Of a DNA stretch of 64,000 bases, positions 62,401-64,000 are shown in pieces. Both the position numbers and the translations under genes were made by a program. A model generated the notes under the pieces. The model was given only the letters and a program-made list of their open reading frames with translations. It searched no databases and was not told the origin of the DNA. Numbering within the stretch: the first letter of the stretch is position 1; each line of letters opens with the position of its first letter. This DNA comes from an uncultured Parvibacter sp. (GTDB lineage Bacteria; Actinomycetota; Coriobacteriia; Coriobacteriales; Eggerthellaceae). The DNA lies in NCBI GenBank assembly GCA_910587945.1, contig CAJUNI010000001.1, positions 10,283-74,282 of the forward strand. Reading direction: 5' to 3'.

Positions 62401-64000
62401 TCCGATGCCTGCACCATTGAAATGACGGGACCGGACGATGCTTCCTTTGGCAGCGGCGCCACGACCACCAAGACTGTTCATTACCTGAACGAGGCAACCC
62501 CCTCTACGGCGGTGAATATCGACGAGGGCATCTTCGTGAACTCGATGATTGTCCTGGCAGGGTTGTCGATGCCGGGCAAGAGTGATCCGGCCAACATTGT
62601 GCAGGTAACGGTTCCGGGTGGTGGCACCTACGAGTTTGACTTCGCCAATGCTCAGCGCTTCGACCAATGGGATGCCGGTCTTGTGCGGGTACCCACGGCT
62701 GCGGTTACTGGCCGGGTATGGCATGACGCGAACTACGATGGCGTTCAGGCTAAGGATGCCGATGGTGCTTGGGCAAGCTCAGAGCCTGGTTTGGTTGGCG
62801 AACAAGTACTGTTGACTCAGTGGTACTACGAGCCGACGAAGACCAATCCGGCTGATGGTGGAAGCCACTGGTTCCAGAACCTCGACTTTGGTAACGACGC
62901 GCGGACCACGGCTATCAATAGCGCCCAAGCCTATGATGCGGCCAGCGCTACCACCGAGGGCGGCCCGGATGCTGCAGGCTTGATGCCGGGTGAGTTGTTG
63001 ACCACCACCGATGCCGATGGCGTTTATCGCTATGAGAATCTGCCCACCGCATGGACTGCCGATGATGGACGTCAGCGCTTGGCAGCCTATCGGGTACGAC
63101 TGGTATCCATGCACGTGGATGACAAGGGCACGGCTGATCCCAGTGACGATAATCATTGGTTGCCGACCCGCTTCCATCAAGGAGTAGGAGCTGCGGCTAT
63201 TGCGGTGGACTCTGACCTGCAAGACCAGACGGATCTGGTGCTGAGCAACCGTGAGATGGTAAATGGTGTGGCCCAAAATCGTGCCCTGTCGGGTCAAACG
63301 ATCTTGGCAGCACGTATTCCGATGGCTCGCTATGGTCAAGCCTCACAGGTGACCATTCCTGCTGGCGAATGCCCAGGTGGCGTGGGCGCTTCCTATGACT
63401 GGCTGAAGGTTCGCAACGATGCCTGGCGTGAGGGCGATACCTGGTGGGTCGCCTCGGGTGATGCGGGTGAATTGCCGCGGCCGACCGCCGACATCGAGGG
63501 CTATCTCTGGGAGGATCCCGACAACGATGGTATCCATGATGACGCCGAAGCCGGTGTTGCCGGCGTGCGTGTAACGCTAGAGCGCTATGTGCCCGATCCG
63601 GCCAACCTGGATGGCGATGGCGACGGCTGGCGTCGCGATGAAACCTGGCATAGTGACTGGGCAAACGATCCTGACTACACTCTCTACAACCCCACACCTG
63701 GGGTAGAAGAGGTGTCAGCGTGGGATGCCTATGACGATCATCCGCAACGCGGCATCGGCTCGGACTACGCGGGCCACTCGATGCGCACCGATGCAAACGG
63801 CCACTTCCTGTTTGCTGACCTTGAGACCCAGCGCCTTGAGGCCGATGGCACCACGACGGTGTTTGCCTATCGAGTGCGTGTAACGGTGTCACCTGACCTG
63901 CGCTACACCTACCTCATTGCTAAGTATCGTCAGGGCGAGAATTACACTCTTGACTCTGACCTGCGTTATCAGGATGCCTACCTCATGGATCCTGAGAGCC
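35440..64000 (+). CDS. Giant secreted cell-surface protein (adhesin-like, diverged beta-type modules plus SdrD-B-type repeats), 3'-partial. At least 9,520 codons are visible.
   Basis: No stop in the frame whose codons start at positions congruent to 1 mod 3, from 35290 to 64000. This was hand-translated continuously over 35401-40800 and in sampled blocks to 64 kb. The ORF track shows no ORF in this frame, as expected for an ORF that does not close in the window. Signal-peptide-like RRPAKPWERVVSVVMAVLLAVTMFDASSLSPLVAEA. The first canonical in-frame start is GTG 35440 (ATG 35455). The real start may be ATG 35265 via the G-tract. Confidence 0.85.
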   Translation, partial: MVSVVMAVLLAVTMFDASSLSPLVAEAAPEEPAVEAPVDDTAATEEAQSEESDSTDPDASATEEGEEATPEETEETAKPKLSELQGIALDQSALETLAPDGLIPLDEVTPAFEEGTGSLEDIIIPALNVWGAPLAASTGYLVSDQPLHVALTLDEEALNRGFIGGTAAADRFNFTIELPYVYKASEDGTLGVTASAEEWMVRAALAQAYDETADNATTEEIQSAAAALIETMDPTQATRAVLRSSDIPQGWKLWQRHGSGWLPLTADDLAAGISGKVLFRYEGLGLGDSAADKALQESTDEADIALRDAVVPGALDATSQLPEFELTVVGSLDEGHSIPVVWGYEGHSYTNKEGEVTLGAARRAAVESIPLAAGEFDGQAELSVEALAAPKGWSVHALTVAIPEDAPRAQALNVAALYPEHLALRDDARFYDVTALEAEALVELDFTDTAAMEEAGATPVDASVVATGSISAALEEAGAIEPGETRTLVVAVPWAEGAFASLLPATDDASAQAPEKTLVTDEQWADVFAVQRPLYGGVLQNKATSEETQSVQVPVVFEAEPIFAQEDDTIALRLREEVNADVTDAPASKDEPEAEEPSDAEEGDESTTEEDPADGNTEATEEPATEIAPRPEPVKNYGMYANALVERPLYRAAGAYNLADHFNPYLFPATTLMELPETENVYMVSKSTDVKVQTMIEVNSSGGFIGDLTHPIELKIVVPFIYKDAQGNVLTADTEEAYKEAMGITGNLTPEQCNTMMRLAATPQDTDAAAFFEEWRVYVCPNGTTEGMYQFDPEWMDPNSPLASPLYAGKGLTGTFILQYIGAGGMFSNQYSAAPQFDIKFLGSVPENTAATMKVGGKVTLYTDDNNERHEGLYEVRPGELDPTSDKLRYMTFIKTNLAWETDLSVKYDKGDQKPLLWEPINYLVYEVRIRNTSEVDDSGEVTPIDLVRHNLTVAYDGSSVGGVRRRDLMAYMLDESGNVVPVTTYDSDGNILTDLTDDIQKGGTFIGVPNKGGALIYNLDDLRQPGDSEEQLAQRIAQFWNTADLIYFSDIDDWGLEEIPYQNLGLSGRISFVDEGPIDTGQISTYLVAVPFTTNIAYSTSAGGTKTYATLPARNISTIFFGGRGLDGFQWSKDDQANNGQFMPVKATMSHQKQAFDEETQTWKNVGLGRIGYLSKYRLNNFKTQGNVYISGIQDGLEYGPRLTETLPTNWDLDSIEFHVGKSGAGYAANTHLDENATVATGAQALGNWFDADHGLLQFEVSTVPLDDGWTVEGVDTQWVSLPSSMTAHFEGDANGYGIWKIGSTNGQKSIADVLESMGYQAKSRTKMVATDRLGWFTGNVRILFAQGFDPGLTLPVEVVVNGTIRTPQGDDAGGAFTNNSTLLSGTPQWVPPINYSDNTQGHWGAAISASKAQASLEADGPVQPGVHGFAYSYAESEGGTITYGPESEIKAAPLDQNGGGFLFALTNSSRSRMEPGTFTTSVFSDASDPVAKGTLYDECECFYHRAGYDEVTNITWPNAGWEREGHKGFEAKSIILSSNFLSQVDVTSFTIHPVHEDPEEGGTGPVVLSRAELESYKVTAGSALGNAHPELVGLIYIPNTVWNLPGWSATPLENVSFTFDSIEGSIGYDATNPGGVSNANKNVFIAFHGIAHRLGEQDKPESYLPMGATLATNYNDSRYEEVKASDDAILFGSLANPTLYAFGLSNSLSNTGYVDMTQGNTALQSVYLGRNHAGFSFYLENDTVAPIWGGTFTTSPMKYQIVDDPVVGKYLAGYDASHITLSKYLLDVMSLDDPNAPFLTIKALAYNPTTDTETINTYTFTRNQLNAYVGKSAHTYKYNAQRRYNTGYVTRTGYNTTENVVIPKSAWGNNYFLSLELNYDYFKKEIKFSSNYDGYSWDTGRYYSIYEDTIVNRRPTVAIYGAATMPGTYSVQGTFNAAKHPIFQPLNAEAKATANITTNAADPTVVARGFEKYNINDTTAWGDFEQRKVIDFLDSRSGYSFFLGNNSSSVITRGKIVIEQTAPTSNPLFQGRLEGDGTTTKLYGWEAESIVLNQKLRQSASIRRVVITTIEDTDNPVAPTTPATTVVTRAQLDASYQNGGAYVIPSSVWGNHHLLRIEIDVTNFGASIDSDPTYEVKQGNKWVTTSDKPHRESIPRVILQGTPTRWGDLDLKCTFKTYNDCYTSGDTSNRSAADNAILAPRNPDYRILAYAFRDHNPRQYSENERDTRNDVFTNNNVGAHKQLADMEIENSGYVYHLMSVNRSKSLMGSFTTGNTDRMMDSQLQDYRGFHSSKVVLSASLLAAMTNPSVTLTFYDRDPITLTRGDADPTLDLNQFLVRANGTNTYDPTVNHGTDLAGAMAIPSAYWAPGYLKNVTVNFDSFTGSVLFAGTTSGSTRATNFIPPANKGAGAYVAIYGMADNPNYDLWLPGTFRTTFYRSGNDVSCNDNAALVVVKPTPRIFTRAFDNRSTLQFDDLEDPRSQAAPLFKERSGFIFQLGNASTSNLAPAKFTMTDLPAEQYESKLRGFETTHVWVSGSLINNTDIASVTLKVRDYADNVETITLDTTNTDPALNLATYAKNGGFDITPGAWADSDGNARYLLNVSVSFNQMKRNTAPARNPSSSTMANQAMVALYGKPTRVGNITVTGTLSSSYGATLAPDVSDSDTSTLEVVTAEPVLTIDRGWTLNGSPANGAPTSSPYVDSPSGKDTNLYQHYYYNSIPYRWGEDEAHEKAWTVYHLYNATESAVDSMDLNLILDQTTVDANGKKTGFVPTDLVISGFRTDSSGQWWLKNSSIIEGIDLFYSDHTPVTSASTTNMVNYAADDASGARVSIPMATLANYISGGTLTLPIDDTTFTNTSKVVKSVRIRFKTMGEQLTGSNRLDFYIYGKMEHHGAAAFSDEAPNGSWHNSAYYEANQTRYITTRAALYPRTGDYGYGISRNANRDIPIQAFQYGAYAEAFRGASSPVTSSPNPGEIVEVAHADKETGYTFQFWNKTQARSDKNSILYDLRSVGDKSGGHGAKSVHGLLTKRVEIDATMLTVGRLPGSTSSSLQSIKFSFIGNNGDQVITITPDQLATYLSGNKYIFRLDSQAAFASATDKYLRSVELVYGDIAPKYVCGTVTAKFFGDVDWYTQVYENGQDSLLEGYVGARQTGMPASIAPRNASDSAFLTVKKPYLGIETHGRYKDITESYIQNINNCDGNRTYLTVPYDRDHQLWVKVYNLDNFSKLEKSDVNIKLYLERENVPLESSPSMPNWLWTGFHATQMTVNRDLMDRFGTVGEIWLYSVEDNATAKPNTPTVKLEPVMNASGRPTGFKDKATGQVYALNGSGNLVLTEAQLQAMGIKNLYQVDLQDWLNMRTQVASDNVNAQTVIFDGFTDANFGKDFIAISADAKMYMGGIDYNPDCVLTKHDDTAELVSKMLFDTTTVAAFTDNQMTRRFDRWATSKEEGHDYPRHGSISNGNTTGEDHDHELQIGYKAQGSFLVDFRQGLLAAAEKTSKYEFEDYPYYLYSVKSFGNKPFNTAADLTMTQTIPAAHFDAYYIKIHPNAISYMQSIDITYGDGSIATIDLSSYGANSGNGNSWANGKRFLRIDLLYKENGVHKPFLRTQNGSATDTDDYAYRAAFDDTVPQADRVKEVTYHLRINQTAASGNTALGPDFGSWYDWKSLEATPLEVTGRYVPAKDVTDTGGFWAGNGTSQVRTSVRVGGSYSSNNHLRKAATRYDRWNDHSAADGFRSKFSWQDYYAFTDYSEDLVGKMRHLVTNVDYRVYETGNYVRVAALNNFTSGSKKLTTATLDTYEEYQGLASWEKGTGIRGNWEKAPFGKDTQYKVSYFRWQEAMKYPVDYVWGTSSWPNQNGMGVYIRSTWKNNDYVDKGHIFDFMNTGWRLVSFADEVHVREDLPVIRPDENGVYYGFLTTGMTLPYGDGDYYEGLPNPDDTGYDDDDDPSGGDDDGPQTDPDDPNEEDPEDEVKDDKQERKSMLRYVDHIDFYIREFRVDPVTGEPLKNAAGEYEYKTALGTYVSASTPGYTRVHRLSQGTGGPAANEIDFVGAWNAKKDVHVRFDHAGQDNASQISYVNASTPYSYIFTDLKTYDFVTSYDVVLTDVHGSADYTDETGYATNSHGDPYEKYSSWNRQDHDMLVYGRPYTWKPINTSKEPYKSDWARMKKDSINTVWTSTYRDYSKLADQGGHQYVNKVKDTGPSYGIGDNDHYKDRAYIVSFGIPIQANVWLDAQNSAGNNADGTTLYDYKDNNVKNVTPNIGTYEARMQNLKDKGGEDATGRATHISYAQLTANLSSYLRLQKVYIPKGFIDNIKKNADGTAENGGWFELQSFKFTVQVDGGTQTVTASWQDLVDWGLTSGPNSSTKYPDCYVIDVEKYLRQKFDDGSWTLATYKACDTTNTIEGYRGNPEVNRTYSRPRVVSMELTYNSPNALQRRELRMLDSEEWLTDTKAKAGVKNSRDADSYAFAFAYDGVFVDRTPDSYTSATATGNDPATGNWDDYSTPTFGKQGTGFPDVYSNDTVVVTDLKSKDPHADMSVLPNVIDDDGGYNLRHLLGILDSSMTRGATLPVRSASGSITGYRHVFAYDKAATDVESPVSYDPDSETMWTNIPDGGLYVGDYVEYDLYIGADAASVLPMESLSARFEVEKGQRIIGWEVKKQQDGTGAWVDANSANLPVTATLGNASGTNTQECLPQVDYSVTTTVTYPDPEPDPDPDPDPDPDPDPDPDPDPDPDPDPDPDPEPNPDPENPEPETPETPDTPEVPEETASVQTEQLTQNEMATQALVQSVAAAMPLVDPIITTTENYDNNRVLEFQVGRTLYELNENGEYVLTPEADRVVQPGKGVHIRVITQLTDEVSNSTYDQVKENTAWNDDRPTHYMNYHPRAYFYGTSAPKHGFTQYRAKGSSAQNYSTPFTYSNDEGLGTSDIAHEHSYNYVVGGIKQYGVRLRSDLTYYNHRSDHTRTHIETGSDGFSYVVNDDHAKDPTLDMQFTATSPYGVANVDGNPAQMTVGNLINPTYHTSNITVTVQLFDAQKLKGFELTQTPKIAQTNKKVLQANGADVDLRYPPTLAPSVNLEAGRATATSDGLNADPDRRPTIKIEYFDAPGTDPLVGTWKSEAEIRADHGGNVQAGYLVNVNPFRTVTQVRWTYYDIPATQTDSAGNQVPYRLEDVALVGVGRYLDNRNQNSSFHYSGTYQEQLEGWTSSEFAMDVGYTHYHEERTQVDFCGLPNNTDKTWFQVEEPKVHDLVMTKQDSGATQRFTTYRRMPVIRFQTQFFQSKTLAERPYKANAEQKIGYLPGERLWIKDALYNVPRGANSNQGTSAIEGEIYNPVFYERIPLNYLVDDDGHEIDAEYLFERLSAEGAIRWTDAQGRDVLKERTVDQKVHLRVTKVDEADAPETARDYGGMMVYQNANQSITNTSSRTFQDLVPATSSQNSRFGLFRIEWVPDEDLTGGVPMVPAGRDPLAPADKTAPGNACVEVGDTIELIFDVTAALDGLPQVYTNVGANTGAKAGTVGLEPWSFPRIGEYFHQWSAGDRWGYSGSNPLASNFSYSSISRGIVKMENQSKLMDLDFLHHEAAFTADKPGSVDLWEMFDGSYTYIPGTDEKTESYVIIGYKNNKGEMQDTQDSTHTIPVYGWKSKNAKGTDGSGGTYFLDEDASTGNYVQTARYTPRPAVNGTVASVASRLPSEAWLVSPNNESANRAQDTRYLRDYWSFVTKLRTTGPRGTAEGAETEWGSKTPLVWSETHLHLQKAWIATTSEFVAGATGSVDETADWESQRQYALWDAHESWPESSSMVSDWKGLFYGQYTTALQYHQSYTAKLQALNYGDRTLDGVEFTYVMPYGAEPEFEADSAGNLVPKVSAEVLANSTGMTNLSTDPKVNETYSAIDSSLVEVEILQTPYSAYAGYDAPSASQNPADYRDGLIQKSGVVDVSADRDRSTYEPKNATGNLATGGAPVVDTAAMTTQAYVESSQPWVLKITVKQPLGKWFGRNSDGTAVGEDKNVVDPDAYSGNAGYKINVSVASRIFANPANDEGEWYDRVMLSPWDKEEATGSDVAKGERPSRSSAYFAVYDLDHYEGISAQADTNKNDGDLNNLQMGGMDWRVVLSRNLADDTSWGSYNMPSVNGRTVLNNAILVRTPVADEDEDDPLAAASVQGGRAYNPVTITPQPTQPKPSTGTEEPVDPEEPGTTPEEPGVDPTDPTEPEEPGDEEAFDPTHVVWWMAYKNEEAASSPKLYAQTGTKAIQRKPLIRVWNTIGEDGVGADSTAYHVQDEGDVRQLNIHVENRYWWNDTAVNSVKRNSSSDTQLNERRSHTYAVDGGQMGSLMQPIVTIVLPESLAPVDSSTHRPYARVIDWEQTFKSADWDVVCAYDATADSKAKVGPSANLSKEEAAKLFDATVTYEKVEDPTALDGATDEYRFVIRFTAKHEINGDPTLEHALRSKGTDVFKFDIITVGDSKLSEEDQKHSEVLRSMENIRTYVSSQLENSQFLTDEDIAGNPYTVGSPYQRRFPGDTSDKRLDSRQIKLATKATVLTPVSSAYNYFNGPHAIPNFWDSTDYTFMTQTEIDRLTAPYAKIDPNTPNSNYPNGRPIGGKVFTYTCDEGADICLACTNYANEQAAAAAGQWTLGTARPCECVHRNQTDWGNFGWDYNKNTFKNPGQVVYKNYKTKSDGSVGDLRDAFNNPNKNNYYLTCKPGAGGCAGDDCGWTINWFAGSWGDRYRWVGCPTHTRTHRETIRIDEFSTYGVLPADPINDGVKQRDPKSVTQEGTEAAKTNKLVRFAGRYYEDQDASSALEPARLHVEDYWFRANHSLSAESTARLNGNEGTLSAKTFMNRRTGKIASTRDSGVMAGLKLRRWSSPQLDILYEVEHESGYGATGDTTGAGAIEGQTLQRSGALGESAQDSWQYGESLWYAAKLTNVKGEDQFDGSPIFHGKYVFAFDLPKETTYFTNQAAMTFTDTPDGLAAIKQVLAQGVDYDDDNPPFVVEWGHTDRHTGAYRVDHLTPKQLIEQGWTVNITTQPDYGTNTTDNPEFGKPDSDDPTDLINDADPVFGVSKEKERDNEKVVFEIAMPDDASDEEFNRFDTMLEAYWGGIHPTGYMGVGDTLTVKVRARIDNLPSESYVKTRFPDSLTYKEKINRINTWRGETSTVHITLHDSQLLWLDNNYNGRGWRHSFANGSTGAKSAQLYQEAPAPNPDPYTIHPYNFALLDTSRYRMDAADKDADHEDRYNNTTGAFEPAVDYDNDGDLTDEYLTATTGTFKIWCPSSSVRGDTYALRSLVVDQDFEVSLANDAFWQADNKFYITQAVNTGGAVNSFIMDWQLPYYATQNSSIYDAQYQTTLSPIWRIRKQNVKTIHPGVWEVTGAEYNEDGTPANELAEQAEALRLYVWARVGSTDITKSNSVYFEQNGAMNNTYENYAMPGTDADRDYFYGEDDFAVNGAGQFIYGPDGNRVSDDFNTADAENKTTNVRNPNSPWVLLAVYNATDETNNERPIDVSYLTGGQQDIRQIRWVVKAVDTDAVHATSGKGLSNSTADKALGQSLDTYKTYEKGVPHGLRLKVDAMPDDLSSDALKAATEGPQEADELDPDRLNVGWEATKNLEGDDFLYSSHGKLLLNKGVPMPSSITDNAAAVQCQIDVDTRKAINDTSSPSNPDDDDDGFQGGESSETPSVHLNHFVSSVLRYDDTKYVEVERQRVGFYRIHEKPALMLTMEQAYYNGSANKGYKWETGTPSLNLSNSKMMRYKITLTNLDEDMLNTLGLINLQLDTCTNPDLSILFPVLEQFGAAAALNNQTLTYVPYRDTLGVDSDGNPTCKLNLGYKSDPVLVEVEKTIPGTDITYTTWEVDPDHPAVSMDGSTPLWTYHIENQTPAFTTAKKTKQVTTELPDGTTQTETVLTDEDDIYDMDPTDPTNVHPLTLTDPQIRAETDPDYPGSMIAKDKMRDIFSQADAKYMSWHFTGRQLEDGSYDSASLNPGQAIVIEIMMPIDPTAGPHMPTDQLKPSGYAYKEGNYEPYIPVSQEVMSTNYILDTRDWNLDDDTNEMLMQVELPAIGFATVDVHTQAKMSTSQLGTDYTKTIQGPVGVPEGGNYSYRAQAINRGMSPTMSPNYTHGILFDVLPYEDDVHVVNSEGNQPTTRRSTWNGWVDDLDSITLTMNDPTGEQGGSRVLGTAEAQLWVGPYSYNQAADVMTPLTEEALPQVWSRATDMNKIGFMNDRHVNINADAEANLRASNFVKLEELKEYCEKHPAEAENLRKALRGVWAEIVDNPLYLPKVGNFELSYEMHAPLNLPKYLGTTNGQASIDMSEVQNPGRAQRLAAVTQWNSMAQRINQKGGAAADKTAFLFEDPEAGAYIDAPDTRGYVGDYIWIDANWNELQDDTNADVTGTTVDDLGRTTTYHRGDNGRFLLSTDKTFDAEGNWLGNFVNEQGETVQTADALIDLDYDGEVEDPGVNGVTVELLNQYGQPVNREGQVAKWEQHPDSGVWRWVLYDAYGQNRVLTETGGGWVAASGEGPVTYTSESDYYGNKGYWILSNINPNAVNEMGEKVEYKLRYTFPYEYANYALTTKLIGPDKDNKLIIERIEDDPDTPENEARLVLTTEDTIELVEVAYEEDEFKNMANEDIFMNPDPTHRKQDARSTSYDVGIARPVTYQGTVFRDDMLESTQPNFAYADGLELDYDYIDGYLDHQQNYNDTSAAIETFREQRVASMNVSVHRYSPVTKTVDPVPALDVDGNPAVYKTETDGAFTFVMQPGYHYVVRCDDQVPTRFLKPTPYLFVQDPLAEPNATQPLHDNDVRISSLDGLTYYETHSFLAKVPLDEANHAIYEQDEEWRGYRYYHQIDLGFVDGARGFLGNKVWDDSDYNGVQVEASDQGVEGIRVTAEQYWWNPNANGQGQGGWQLVEKDFFTQTTNRAGVYVFKGLPTYVYDPLDTTENKPDDLKQRYLAGYRLRIDNDTLADQDETWSFTLRNNAYTHTGAVDDELDSDACTIEMTGPDDASFGSGATTTKTVHYLNEATPSTAVNIDEGIFVNSMIVLAGLSMPGKSDPANIVQVTVPGGGTYEFDFANAQRFDQWDAGLVRVPTAAVTGRVWHDANYDGVQAKDADGAWASSEPGLVGEQVLLTQWYYEPTKTNPADGGSHWFQNLDFGNDARTTAINSAQAYDAASATTEGGPDAAGLMPGELLTTTDADGVYRYENLPTAWTADDGRQRLAAYRVRLVSMHVDDKGTADPSDDNHWLPTRFHQGVGAAAIAVDSDLQDQTDLVLSNREMVNGVAQNRALSGQTILAARIPMARYGQASQVTIPAGECPGGVGASYDWLKVRNDAWREGDTWWVASGDAGELPRPTADIEGYLWEDPDNDGIHDDAEAGVAGVRVTLERYVPDPANLDGDGDGWRRDETWHSDWANDPDYTLYNPTPGVEEVSAWDAYDDHPQRGIGSDYAGHSMRTDANGHFLFADLETQRLEADGTTTVFAYRVRVTVSPDLRYTYLIAKYRQGENYTLDSDLRYQDAYLMDPES
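49564..49689 (+). repeat. Pro-Asp dipeptide repeat (21 consecutive P-[D/E/N] pairs) inside the giant ORF
   Basis: Translation is PDPEPDPDPDPDPDPDPDPDPDPDPDPDPDPDPDPDPEPNPDPE. The codons are synonymously scrambled (cct/cca/ccc/ccg with gac/gat). Confidence 0.95.

Noticed and set aside
37000-63900. Many long minus-strand ORFs inside the giant gene, for example 47104-48495 (463 aa), 55747-57135 (462 aa), 58672-59829 (385 aa), 39238-40209, 50299-51270 and 49360-50274.
   Set aside because: The ones checked (47104-48495, 55747-57135 and 58672-59829) are codon-for-codon antisense to the sense frame, with ORF ends at positions congruent to 0 mod 3. In that register, antisense stops arise only from the sense codons TTA, CTA and TCA, which are rare in this gene. 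Long open antisense frames are therefore expected. Their translations are low-complexity (I/V/G/R/H-rich) and have no recognisable motifs.
1-64000. Searches for CRISPR arrays, rRNA or tRNA genes, IS elements, integrases, prophage genes and toxin-antitoxin pairs.
   Set aside because: No direct-repeat/spacer periodicity, no cloverleaf-like or rRNA-like conserved stretches, and no transposase or recombinase motifs were seen in any listed ORF. Absence by eye is not proof. tRNAscan-SE, Infernal and ISEScan would settle it.

Overview
Origin-proximal chromosomal region of a Gram-positive-type bacterium. Gene content hints at Actinomycetota/Coriobacteriia, but that cannot be shown from this window.

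- 1-9.2 kb: the 3' part of dnaA is followed, on the same strand, by rpmH-rnpA-yidD-yidC-jag-rsmG-parA-parB. Four perfect parS palindromes sit in the intergenic gaps. rlmN (-) and ddl follow.
- 10-34.8 kb: housekeeping and metabolic genes. These are an exonuclease-fused DinG helicase, two membrane proteins, an M28-peptidase-like gene split across two frames with a very long disordered insertion, a LysR regulator, a PaaK-like ligase, an HTH-less LysR paralogue, a TIGR00300 protein, an MGMT-like protein, a 2-oxoacid:ferredoxin oxidoreductase (fused gamma-delta, alpha, beta), an AGCS symporter, proC, a nitroreductase, an MFS pump, mnmA and a PucR regulator.
- 35.3-64.0 kb: one uninterrupted + strand reading frame of at least 9,520 codons that never closes inside the window, which is why the supplied ORF track does not list it. 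It encodes a giant secreted surface protein. It has a signal-peptide-like N-terminus, about 250-codon diverged beta-type modules, acidic/Pro-Asp spacers, one Cys-rich island, and SdrD-B-type repeats towards the window end.
- A G10 homopolymer separates the only upstream ATG from this frame, so this is either a phase-variation switch or a homopolymer assembly error.
- Base composition rises from roughly 33-50% GC per line in the first 9 kb to about 55-62% beyond 14 kb.
- No rRNA, tRNA, CRISPR array, transposase or integrase was recognised.
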